Shown in pieces: positions 17,573 through 25,567 of a stretch of DNA of 43,270 bases. The stretch's first letter is position 1. Every line of letters starts with the position of its first letter. This stretch comes from a virus (Duplodnaviria; Caudoviricetes). Below the pieces are notes generated by a model. It ran no database searches. It was given only the letters and a program-made list of their open reading frames with translations, and was not told where the DNA came from. The stretch is from positions 1 to 43,270 of the IMG/VR virus record IMGVR_UViG_3300036046_000012; one strand, 5' to 3'. Made by a program: the position numbers and the translations under genes.

Positions 17573-18253
17573 CTAAACCCCTCCCAAGATGCATATCGCC
17601 AAGATCATGGCAGCGAAGTACCATCCAAGTGTTTTCATCATGTCAGACTTTCCGACCATTGATGACAGTATTATGAATACGCCGGCACCGACTGTCGTAT
17701 ACCCCATAATGTCAGGCAAATTCAAGACGAACCAATCTCCAAGATGAATAAAGGCTTTTCCGAATCCATTTACTATCGGCTTAAAAAGCCATTCTAATTC
17801 CTTATTAACGGTCCAATCAGCAAAACTGTTGTATTTATCCGCCAAGCTTCTAAAGAATCCTACCTGAGTGCCGCTCAATGCGCTGATATCTGTTGCCAAA
17901 GGCGTTGGGTTAACAAAGGACCCATCTGCTTGCTGGACAGCAAAATGAAGGTGTGGAGCTGTTGAGTGTCCTGTATTTCCACTTTCTCCAATAACCTGCC
18001 CAGCTTGTAGCAGCTGCCCCTTTTTAACCGTTACTTCGTCCATATGCCCGAATATGTGGAAGGTCCCATCATCTAAGCGGATTTTGACCCCTTCACCAAT
18101 CTTTCCTGAGCCATCATACACCTTCTCAACAACACCATTAGTCAGGCTTCTCAGCGTAGTCCCTTCAGTCATAGCAAGGTCAATGCCGGTGTGCGGCTTC
18201 CCATCCCTCACAAGTGACAATTCACCATATTCACTGCTTAATCTGAACTTCAT
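17573..18253 (-). CDS. M23 metallopeptidase with C-terminal TM helices
   Basis: HTGID, FGHM, GESGNTGHSTAPHLHF; two hydrophobic C-terminal segments. Confidence 0.92.
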   Translation of the reverse strand: MKFRLSSEYGELSLVRDGKPHTGIDLAMTEGTTLRSLTNGVVEKVYDGSGKIGEGVKIRLDDGTFHIFGHMDEVTVKKGQLLQAGQVIGESGNTGHSTAPHLHFAVQQADGSFVNPTPLATDISALSGTQVGFFRSLADKYNSFADWTVNKELEWLFKPIVNGFGKAFIHLGDWFVLNLPDIMGYTTVGAGVFIILSSMVGKSDMMKTLGWYFAAMILAICILGGV

Positions 18254-18256
18254 GGC

Positions 18257-18598
18257 TTATATCCCCTTTAGGAAGTTTCGGATGTCTACAGCATGACGGG
18301 CAAGGATATAGCCGCAGCATACGCCAATTAAAATCTCAATGGCTTTCCCTCTGTGGCCAAGACCCCAAGCAGCCCCGGCAAAAATGATGACCAGCACCAC
18401 TCCTGCATCAAATATGTTCATAATGGATCCGTGAATGTTCCCAAACGTTGAGTCCACAGATGCTGCAAATGCCGCTTTTGGCACAACAAGCATGAAAAGT
18501 CCTGCGGATCCTGCAGCTATTTTTTTCAAATTCTTTTTCTTCAGGTTGTGGGTGCCGGCCATAAAATCATTGAATTTAATCGTTTCTGTCTTTGCCAT
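18257..18598 (-). CDS. VirB2/TrbC pilin-like membrane protein
   Basis: ATG 18598 after GAGGGG; signal-like segment ending PKAAFAA, then two TM helices joined by a short basic loop (GHRGKA). Confidence 0.65.
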   Translation of the reverse strand: MAKTETIKFNDFMAGTHNLKKKNLKKIAAGSAGLFMLVVPKAAFAASVDSTFGNIHGSIMNIFDAGVVLVIIFAGAAWGLGHRGKAIEILIGVCCGYILARHAVDIRNFLKGI

Positions 18599-18616
18599 GG
18601 TGTTTCCCCTCTCGTC

Positions 18617-18645
18617 GTATAATTTCTCAGGTGCAGGAGATACTA
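18617..18645 (+). promoter_or_regulatory. Candidate SigF/SigG-type promoter
   Basis: GTATA-N14-GGAGATACTA (equivalently GTATA-N17-GATACTA). Confidence 0.4.
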
Positions 18646-18674
18646 CTAAAAAGTAATCTAAGGAGGTTACATTT

Positions 18675-18731
18675 ATGCATGCGATCATTGCTGTTATCGT
18701 AGGTTATATAATCGGACTTATTGCTTCTTAA
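18675..18731 (+). CDS. 18-aa hydrophobic peptide MHAIIAVIVGYIIGLIAS
   Basis: Perfect RBS AAGGAGGT 7 nt before ATG. Confidence 0.55.
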   Translation: MHAIIAVIVGYIIGLIAS

Positions 18732-19017
18732 TGAATACATTTGGCGCGGGCGGCGCTTGCTGCTCTCGCTTCTGCTGTTTCATCCGCTGCAGTTCCTCTG
18801 AGGCTGATGCTGCTTTCTTTTCATTTGCCGGGTCTGGCTTATTCCCAACAGCCGGTTCTTTGGTTTTCTTTTCCGCTTCTTTTCGTTTCATGTCTTCCAT
18901 AATCAACTTCTTTACATACCCGCTAAAATTACGCCTGCCAAAGTACTTGAGCATTTTTTTGTCATCCTCGTTCTGCTTGTTAAATGAAACCGACTTGATC
19001 ACTTTGTTTTCACTCAA
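18718..19017 (-). CDS. Ribbon-helix-helix-like DNA-binding protein
   Basis: KSVSFN strand, helix, NFSGYVKKLIMEDM helix; disordered tail; RBS GGAGG. Confidence 0.65.
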   Translation of the reverse strand: MSENKVIKSVSFNKQNEDDKKMLKYFGRRNFSGYVKKLIMEDMKRKEAEKKTKEPAVGNKPDPANEKKAASASEELQRMKQQKREQQAPPAPNVFIKKQ

Positions 19018-19046
19018 TTTCTATCCTCCCCTCTGGGCTTTAATTA

Positions 19047-19193
19047 ATGGTATGAACGGTATGACTAAATGATGTCTGTACACCGGTAATATCGGTCATA
19101 AAAAATAACCGCCCTTTGGCGGTCATACTTTTCGGATTTCGTTAATAACGCGTTTACGTTACTAACGATATGCGGCATACTTTCAATTGATGC
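19047..19193 (-). promoter_or_regulatory. Regulatory region of the ATPase module: two SigE/SigK-like promoter candidates, GTATG repeats, intervening terminator
   Basis: GCATC-N16-CATATCGT (19193-19165); ACATC-N16-CATACCAT (19075-19047); hairpin ACCGCC-AAAG-GGCGGT-TATTTTTT near 19100-19123. Confidence 0.35.
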
Positions 19194-19278
19194 ATGGTCA
19201 ATGGAACTTTTTAAAATGTTTACTTCTATGCCATTTTCTTTGGTAATATTTATGTAAATAATGTTTTCTAAAGGGGAA

Positions 19279-19449
19279 ATGAACTTGCTGAAAGAGGAAC
19301 TCAATAAGCAAACCGAACAGGAGAAGTTAGCTAAGACCGGAAATTTTTTGATTAAGGGAATCGCCCTTTGGTTCCTGCTACCAGTATTCGCGCTAATTGC
19401 AATCGCTGGATTGTTTGTATTTGTCTGGATTTGGGATATGATTTTTTAA
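19279..19449 (+). CDS. Small membrane protein
   Basis: C-terminal hydrophobic stretch; RBS AAGGGG; TGnTAATAT upstream. Confidence 0.7.
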   Translation: MNLLKEELNKQTEQEKLAKTGNFLIKGIALWFLLPVFALIAIAGLFVFVWIWDMIF

Positions 19450-19451
19450 TC

Positions 19452-19715
19452 ATGCAAATTGTAATTGCTTTGCACTATTATGTGAACGATGTGAAGACTC
19501 TCCAACAGGGTGAATTTCGAGTTAACCTGAAGAACTATAGGGAGGACCCGAACAAAGAAGCTGCCCGGATTGCTTATGAATGGTTACGAAAAGTAAGACG
19601 CGAATTAATTTATAGGGTAATTTTCTACAAAGCATTATATGATGGAATAGACATCACAGAGGAAGTGAAACAATGGGACCAGCAATTAAACCGGGAGGAT
19701 GATTTCAATGGGTAA
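19452..19715 (+). CDS. Hypothetical protein, 87 aa
   Basis: ATG 2 nt after the upstream stop. Confidence 0.65.
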   Translation: MQIVIALHYYVNDVKTLQQGEFRVNLKNYREDPNKEAARIAYEWLRKVRRELIYRVIFYKALYDGIDITEEVKQWDQQLNREDDFNG

Positions 19716-19770
19716 AGTGAAACCAGGCGGTGCAGTTATTCAAAAGGATCCGGGAACAGGCAGCTAAACG

Positions 19771-19807
19771 AAAAAAAGGCCCCTCTCAATTAAGAGAAGG
19801 GCTTTTT
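19771..19807. terminator. Bidirectional intrinsic terminator
   Basis: AAAAAAAGGCCCCTCTC..GAGAAGGGCTTTTT between convergent genes. Confidence 0.75.
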
Positions 19808-19809
19808 GT

Positions 19810-20820
19810 TTACAGTAAATTAAACATCTTGGCGAATGTGTTTGGACCAACAATTGCATCTTGAGACAGCCCGTAATCTTTCTGAAAAGCCAACACTGCA
19901 TTTGCTGTGCCTGCACCGAAAATGCCATCTAAACCATTAGGCTCATATTTTAAGCAGTATAAGGCGGCTTGAACAATCCATGTAATGTTTCCTTTCGCCC
20001 CCTTACGTACTGTCACAGCAGCGTTTAGGGTTTTCGGACCCCATACCCCATCTACTATTAAACGAGCCCCAAATTGCTTGTTAAGGTCCGATTGGAAAGC
20101 TTTTAATAGTGCTTTGCCTGTTTCAGGGCCCGGCAGTCCATCTACTGCGATGTTTAAGCCGTATCTGCTGTTTAATGTGGATTGTACGGTGCGGACAGTT
20201 TTACTGCCAGCAACAGGCTTATTGACAATAACTTCTGATTTCGTCTCTGTTTTTGGCGCCTCAACTTTTACAGGAGCATCACCAGTCCACGCATCGTAAT
20301 AAGCTTTTACATCGTTGATAAACTGCGCCCATGTTACACCATTAGGATTTAGCCAGCTTTGTGGATCAGATCGCCGGCGCGGATCGAGTACGCTGTGCGC
20401 TACAATTTCTTTATTCGGATTTAAGTGGAATTTCCGGCAAAGATAAGCATGGTACCATACATACCTGTCATAAGCCTTTTTGAAGTCACCAGTCCTGCAT
20501 AATTCCACACCTGCTGCAGTGTCGTTAGCATCTTCTCCAAACAATTGATTGTCTTCTGGGTTTGAGTACCAGTTATGCCATGCCTTTTCGTCAAGAGGAA
20601 CAATCTCCAAGATTTTTTTGTCATCGATGAAAGTATGAGCTGATGCACTTGGCTGATGGTTATTGAAATAATTGAAGTGAGCATCTGCATCTGCTGAATT
20701 GTTTGCCGTTTCGTGTGAGACTATAAAGGTCGGTTTGCCTTTGACCAGTTTTAGGCCTGAACGAGATTTCCCTTTTTTAATATACCTCTGTTCGATTGAA
20801 TATTTTTTCGAGATGGACAT
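19810..20820 (-). CDS. Endolysin: Amidase_2 N-acetylmuramoyl-L-alanine amidase with peptidoglycan-binding repeats
   Basis: IVSHETAN, ASAHTFID, EKAWH, GVELC, IVAH..DP; VDG.WGPKT repeats. Confidence 0.93.
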   Translation of the reverse strand: MSISKKYSIEQRYIKKGKSRSGLKLVKGKPTFIVSHETANNSADADAHFNYFNNHQPSASAHTFIDDKKILEIVPLDEKAWHNWYSNPEDNQLFGEDANDTAAGVELCRTGDFKKAYDRYVWYHAYLCRKFHLNPNKEIVAHSVLDPRRRSDPQSWLNPNGVTWAQFINDVKAYYDAWTGDAPVKVEAPKTETKSEVIVNKPVAGSKTVRTVQSTLNSRYGLNIAVDGLPGPETGKALLKAFQSDLNKQFGARLIVDGVWGPKTLNAAVTVRKGAKGNITWIVQAALYCLKYEPNGLDGIFGAGTANAVLAFQKDYGLSQDAIVGPNTFAKMFNLL

Positions 20821-20832
20821 ATTTATCCCTCC

Positions 20833-20860
20833 AAATAAAATAGCCGCCCGGAGGCAGCTT
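20833..20860 (-). terminator. Terminator-like hairpin between holin and endolysin
   Basis: AGCTGCC-TCCG-GGCGGCT-ATTTTATTT. Confidence 0.5.
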
Positions 20861-21119
20861 AATTTAAATTGTTTTGTTCGATTACTTTCTTCTGAGCTTT
20901 TCCTTTGTCGGTCACATAGTTGTTTTTAAACCATGCCACCAGGGAGGTAACGATCGTAAATACGAGTGATCCCACAAGATAAAGTCCTTCTACCAAGCTC
21001 GTAATTTGCCCTTCGTCGATGGGTAAGATAGAATACCCAAGCATGATTAACGACTGATTGATTAACGCAACGAAAAGAAGCACCGTCCGCAAGACCGTAC
21101 CTTCATCGAACTTATTCAT
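20859..21119 (-). CDS. SPP1-family holin
   Basis: [16 protein letters not shown]...AWFKNNYVT. Confidence 0.92.
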   Translation of the reverse strand: MNKFDEGTVLRTVLLFVALINQSLIMLGYSILPIDEGQITSLVEGLYLVGSLVFTIVTSLVAWFKNNYVTDKGKAQKKVIEQNNLN

Positions 21120-21133
21120 TTTGAGCCTCTCCT

Positions 21134-21391
21134 TTATCCTTTAAATACATTGAATAAAATGGTTGCAGTTCCCCCAATAACCGCGGATAAGACCGTCATG
21201 ATGATAGCATTAGTGATGGTCCTGCGCAGCCATTTGGTATCGTCTTTAATGTCCTCAAGCGTTTTTTTGACCTCTCTAATATCCCGGTCATGGTCCCTTG
21301 TCACGTTTTGCAGATCACGCACATCATTCTTTAAGTCATCTATGTCTTTCTGAACAGCTTGCTTCCAGATATCCACGGCATTCTCCTCCAA
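21134..21391 (-). CDS. xhlA: XhlA-family lysis membrane protein
   Basis: Coiled coil, [15 protein letters not shown]-terminal TM helix. Confidence 0.75.
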   Translation of the reverse strand: MEENAVDIWKQAVQKDIDDLKNDVRDLQNVTRDHDRDIREVKKTLEDIKDDTKWLRRTITNAIIMTVLSAVIGGTATILFNVFKG

Positions 21392-21450
21392 TTTCTTTCG
21401 CCCCCTTTTGTTTCATGTCTTAATGGATCACCTCCTTGGCGTATTCTCCA

Positions 21451-21477
21451 AAAGAAAAAGGACCTTTTCGGGTCCTA
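21451..21477 (-). terminator. Terminator after tyrosine recombinase
   Basis: AGGACC-CGAAAA-GGTCCT-TTTTCTTTT. Confidence 0.6.
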
Positions 21478-22317
21478 AAAATACTTCCTATACAATTCTC
21501 GTCGGCGCTCGCCACTAAGCTGAGCATATATGCGAGTTGTCTCGATTTTCTGATGACCGAGCAATGAACTTACAATTTCCATAGGTGCCCCACGATCAAG
21601 CAAGTGTGTGGCCATAGAATGTCGGAAACGGTGCGGGTAAATATTGACGTTCACTTCTGACCGTTTTGCAATACGCTTAACAACGTACCGTAACTGTGGA
21701 ACGGAAGACCGGGTAAATGGCTTTCTCTCTAAGATGAATAGTGCAGGGTCATTGTCGGTACGCTTTTTTAAGTATTCTTTAAGCCATAGGTACGTCTTTA
21801 TGTCAAAATACACTTCGCGCTCTTTGTTTCCTTTACCAAGCACGATGATGGATTTGCTCTCCCAGTTAATGTGGTTCCGATTCATGCCATGCACTTCACC
21901 TATCCGGCATCCGGTGGCATACAGAAGTGAGATAAGTGCCTTCTCCATTGGACCTTTACATGATTCGCGCAGCATCTCCATATCTTCTTCAGCAATAAAC
22001 TTTGGCACCCTTTTTCCCTGTTTGGGCTCCTTAAGCTTAGCTGCCATGTTCATATTAGTGATGCCTTCCTCATGTGCCCAGCGGAATAACGATCTTAAAA
22101 ATCGGACCCGGTGACCGATTGTTGAAGCTTTCAGCCTGTCCATATCCTTTGCGAGATAGCCTTTCAAGGCGACAAATGTTACTTCATTGATGCTAATGTC
22201 TCCGAAATGTCGAATCAACATGTTCGCTTGAATCTTGTACCCTTTCAGTGTGTGGATTGAGAATCCCTCGATTTTCTATTCGTATTCGTACATCGACCAA
22301 ATTTCTGATAATAACAT
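21475..22317 (-). pseudogene. XerD-like tyrosine recombinase with in-frame TAG at codon 14 (22276-22278); a restart at ATG 22221 is possible
   Basis: RBS AAGGGGAG + ATG 22317; MLLSEIWSMYEYE*KIEGFS...; catalytic TGCR, GKGNKER, HRFRH, LGH, Y intact. Confidence 0.8.
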
Positions 22318-22332
22318 GATATCTCCCCTTAT

Positions 22333-22414
22333 TGTTACGTTATTTGTAACGTTTTGTCATTTTAAGCATAGACTGTTACAATAAACGTGTCAATATGTTA
22401 CTCTTAATGTAACA
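22333..22414. promoter_or_regulatory. Three TGTTAC-N7-GTAACA operators overlapping the recombinase promoter
   Basis: Sites at 22333, 22374, 22396; TTGACA-N17-TATGCT on - strand at 22393-22365. Confidence 0.75.
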
Positions 22415-22433
22415 ATAAGACAGGAGGAAAGTC

Positions 22434-22646
22434 ATGTATATCTACATCAATTTAGGTAAGAAGCTTGAAGAAAAAGGCATATCACACAGAGAATTTGCAA
22501 GACGTACAGGAATTAGGCATCCTACAATAAGTGCACTTTGCAACAACACGGTTAAACAAGTGCCTTTAGAAAACCTTGTTGCCATTTGCGTAGAATTAGA
22601 ATGTGATCCAGGTGATTTACTTGAATTAAAAAACCCCGGCAAATGA
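22434..22646 (+). CDS. Cro/C1-type (YozG-like) HTH regulator
   Basis: ISHREFARRTGIRHPTISALCNN..ICVELECDPGDLL; RBS AGGAGG. Confidence 0.9.
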   Translation: MYIYINLGKKLEEKGISHREFARRTGIRHPTISALCNNTVKQVPLENLVAICVELECDPGDLLELKNPGK

Positions 22647-22663
22647 TATGCTGGGGCCTTTTT
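22628..22663. terminator. Bidirectional terminator-like hairpin
   Basis: AAAAAACCCCGGCA..TGCTGGGGCCTTTTT. Confidence 0.55.
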
Positions 22664-22700
22664 ATGTCCATTTAAAGTGCCACTCTAGAATTCAGAGAGT

Positions 22701-23510
22701 TTAAGTTGTAGCGCTGATTTTAAATGTGCTGTTTACCGTTTTAGTAGTATTGCTTACATTATAAACCCGCAATTCCACCTGATTTGTCCCTTTTGAACAT
22801 GCTCCCCATAGTAGTTGGGTACTTATCGAAGGTGCATCAGAAGGGGAAACAGTGATGATATCTCCATACTTAACACCCGTGCATGTGACAGTTTGAATAG
22901 CCATTGTGTTAGGGAGAATGTCTCCAAAGTTAACTGCGACATTATAAATACGAGGAACTACTCCTTCTAATCCGGAACAAACGATTTGTATACCAGCACC
23001 AAGACTCGCAACGCATGGCTTATCAGAGTGGAACGTTACTCCTGTGAATCCTGCACGATTTGATGTGTTTGTTCTTGGGATGTAAACGTATTTCCTATTA
23101 CTGCTCGGATGTGATAAATATACATCTAGCGTTAATCCAGTGCTATCGTTTTTAGAAATAACACCAATTATATTCGAATATGCGAAACCATTTGAATTTG
23201 TACATAAGAGATAGGCAGCTTTATTGCCAGTAGCTACCTCACCTTGAATGAACGCTTTAACCATAATGTCCGCAAAAACTACCTTTGTGTCGGGATAGGT
23301 TAAATCATAAATTGTAAATGCGGCAAGAGTGTATCTATCCTTATCAGATAGATCAATCGTACAAATTTTATAATGGATGTCTGTGGCGTTTGTTTTTGGT
23401 GTTATGATTAGGTGTTCTTTCTGATTAACGAATTGCGATTTGTCTAAGTTTCCCTCATGATAAACATCAAGTCCACCAACTTTAACATCAGATGGTAAAT
23501 TCATAGCCAT
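22701..23510 (-). CDS. Tail-associated beta-rich protein (fibre/receptor-binding candidate)
   Basis: Last tail-module gene; VYHEGNL motif; beta-rich C-terminus; low GC. Confidence 0.55.
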   Translation of the reverse strand: MAMNLPSDVKVGGLDVYHEGNLDKSQFVNQKEHLIITPKTNATDIHYKICTIDLSDKDRYTLAAFTIYDLTYPDTKVVFADIMVKAFIQGEVATGNKAAYLLCTNSNGFAYSNIIGVISKNDSTGLTLDVYLSHPSSNRKYVYIPRTNTSNRAGFTGVTFHSDKPCVASLGAGIQIVCSGLEGVVPRIYNVAVNFGDILPNTMAIQTVTCTGVKYGDIITVSPSDAPSISTQLLWGACSKGTNQVELRVYNVSNTTKTVNSTFKISATT

Positions 23511-24523
23511 TATACTTCCCTCCAATGTTCGATTACGACTTGTTCTGCTTGTTTATCAAGGTAATTCCACGTATAACCCTTGTTGATATGAAAAAGAATT
23601 AACGCTGAAAGAGCGCCTGTCTTAGCAACAACCTCAAATATATACTTGAAATATAATGCTTGCGTTTCTTCATCATAAACTCCCTCTGGTGTCCAGTCCC
23701 ATGTAGCTATGAGACCATTGGAATCAGGGAGGCATCCGATTTCAGTCAACCATACAGGCTTATTGTACTTGGTGTTCAATTCATTAAGCTCTTTGATATG
23801 GTTAACCCCTTCTAAATCATTAAAAAATGCTTTGCGGAGGTTTTTATCTGTTTCTGTCTTACCTTTCTTTGTAATGCTAGGCCAAAAATTAACCCCGATC
23901 GCATCCACCAAATCGTAAATCACACAATCTTTATACTCATAATGGTTTAAAGAAAAGAATGTTTTTACTCCAACTGCTTGCACACCTGCAATTAAATCTT
24001 GCCACTGTGTGTAATAATTATTTGTGATATACATTAACTCATTAGCGATTCCTAAATATTCAACTCCGTAATATTTACAAACGTAAGCAGTGTCTATGCA
24101 AACTTGTTTCCAGTTAGCGAACCAAGTTGTGATATTAGACGGCTGTATTTTCGTACCACCAATATCAATACCTGTGAGATTAAGTCTTACAACGGTTTCT
24201 ATCCCGATTGATTTACAATAATCCAGGACTAATTCCAGTGTTGTAATTGTGCTCATTTTTGTCATAACATTTTCTGTTACGTTTTGACGGTACTGAATGG
24301 CAACCATCAAAAAGTTAACCCCGCCGTTAATTGCTTGTTGAATATTCGCTTTGTGCTGATCTAATGTGACAGCACCGTCTAAATAAAGACTTGCGCCTTT
24401 TTTTAATTTATCTTGAGGGACTAAATCATCTGTTCTTTTTACAACATCTGATAACTGCAAACTAACTTCAGGACTTATATCAACAATAATCGGATTATTA
24501 TTCTTTTTTCCATATCCCATCAA
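23510..24523 (-). CDS. Clan GH-A TIM-barrel glycoside hydrolase (GH113/GH5-like), tail-associated
   Basis: GIANEL (acid/base), DAIGVNFW, KPVWLTEIG (nucleophile), ETQALYF. Confidence 0.75.
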   Translation of the reverse strand: MMGYGKKNNNPIIVDISPEVSLQLSDVVKRTDDLVPQDKLKKGASLYLDGAVTLDQHKANIQQAINGGVNFLMVAIQYRQNVTENVMTKMSTITTLELVLDYCKSIGIETVVRLNLTGIDIGGTKIQPSNITTWFANWKQVCIDTAYVCKYYGVEYLGIANELMYITNNYYTQWQDLIAGVQAVGVKTFFSLNHYEYKDCVIYDLVDAIGVNFWPSITKKGKTETDKNLRKAFFNDLEGVNHIKELNELNTKYNKPVWLTEIGCLPDSNGLIATWDWTPEGVYDEETQALYFKYIFEVVAKTGALSALILFHINKGYTWNYLDKQAEQVVIEHWREV

Positions 24524-24528
24524 ATCAC

Positions 24529-24834
24529 CTACCCTACTCGGTTAACGATATAAGACGTTGAGCCTGTCACCGTAACCGTATTTCTTGGAGTTCCTTCAAC
24601 TTTACCTTCCCAAGGAGTGGCAGGAGGGACTTTGATATTAAATCCATTCACATTAAAGGTTCCGATGTTTGTTGGATCAGCATTAAAGATTTCAACTTGA
24701 TTGATGACAGCACCGAACGTTAAAGTTCCGGCAACTGCATCAGCTTGAGTCTTTGAACTTTCTTTAAGACTACTCCCAGATACTTCAACTTTCAATTTAT
24801 CATTAACAATGTGTGCAGCTGTAAAATCACTCAT
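24529..24834 (-). CDS. Small beta-rich tail protein
   Basis: Position in tail module; coupled. Confidence 0.65.
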   Translation of the reverse strand: MSDFTAAHIVNDKLKVEVSGSSLKESSKTQADAVAGTLTFGAVINQVEIFNADPTNIGTFNVNGFNIKVPPATPWEGKVEGTPRNTVTVTGSTSYIVNRVG

Positions 24835-25544
24835 TATTTTACCTCCTTTGTAGTGCCGGCAAATTTGCCGTTTGCATCATAAACGATTGTGGTCACGACC
24901 GTTTTTCCATTCACAGTTTTTGAGAGGGTCTGAAGGTTTCCGTCTGGTTTGTAAACTAAAGTGGAGCTGCTGACAACCTGAGTGCCATCTTTTTCTTCGA
25001 CCTTAGTCAACTTCCCATTGGTGAATGTGGGGGTAAGTGAATAAGAATTTATTCCTTCCAGCTGATCAACAACTACTTCATTGGCCAACGATTCAATTTG
25101 ATCCCCTAATGTTTCTTTAAGACTGTTAAAATCTTTGATGTAGTATTCGGCTGTCGGGACGATATCGCTGTCCTTAAGAGCTGTTTGAACCGCAAAAGAA
25201 AACAGGCACACCGTCAAGGCTTGCCCGTTTGGATAATAAACATTTAATTCTCCTTTTGCAAAACCCGCATGAACGACTTCCTCGTTTAATACATATTCCA
25301 CAACGCCTGCGGCTGCATCTTTAACCACAGCAGGCTTTTCGTAGGTGCTTCCGTCACCCATCCTTAAGAAAAGCTTCACTGTCGCATTAAGCAAATTCAC
25401 AGGTGAATTACCTTTCTTAAGGTGGAAAATTAACTTAGCAGATCCGTTGTCTTGGGTTGTGTACTGAATAGTCGTCTTACTCGAAACCCCTGTCGCGGAA
25501 ACAGAGGCAACGATTGTTCCTTCTTTAAAAATTTCATCAGCCAC
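24834..25544 (-). CDS. BppU-family upper baseplate protein
   Basis: YTTQDNGSAKLIF..VNL..G.VEYVL..HAG..GEL; EYYIKDF. Confidence 0.8.
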   Translation of the reverse strand: MADEIFKEGTIVASVSATGVSSKTTIQYTTQDNGSAKLIFHLKKGNSPVNLLNATVKLFLRMGDGSTYEKPAVVKDAAAGVVEYVLNEEVVHAGFAKGELNVYYPNGQALTVCLFSFAVQTALKDSDIVPTAEYYIKDFNSLKETLGDQIESLANEVVVDQLEGINSYSLTPTFTNGKLTKVEEKDGTQVVSSSTLVYKPDGNLQTLSKTVNGKTVVTTIVYDANGKFAGTTKEVK

Positions 25545-25567
25545 TTCTTACAACCTCCTACACTCTT

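Noticed and set aside
21425-21437. GGATCACCTCCTT as a 16S rRNA 3' end fragment
   Set aside because: Only 13 nt with no flanking rRNA sequence; it is an SD on the - strand
22276-22278. In-frame TAG as evidence of genome-wide amber recoding
   Set aside because: TAG terminates many intact genes here (integrase, terL, scaffold, tape measure)
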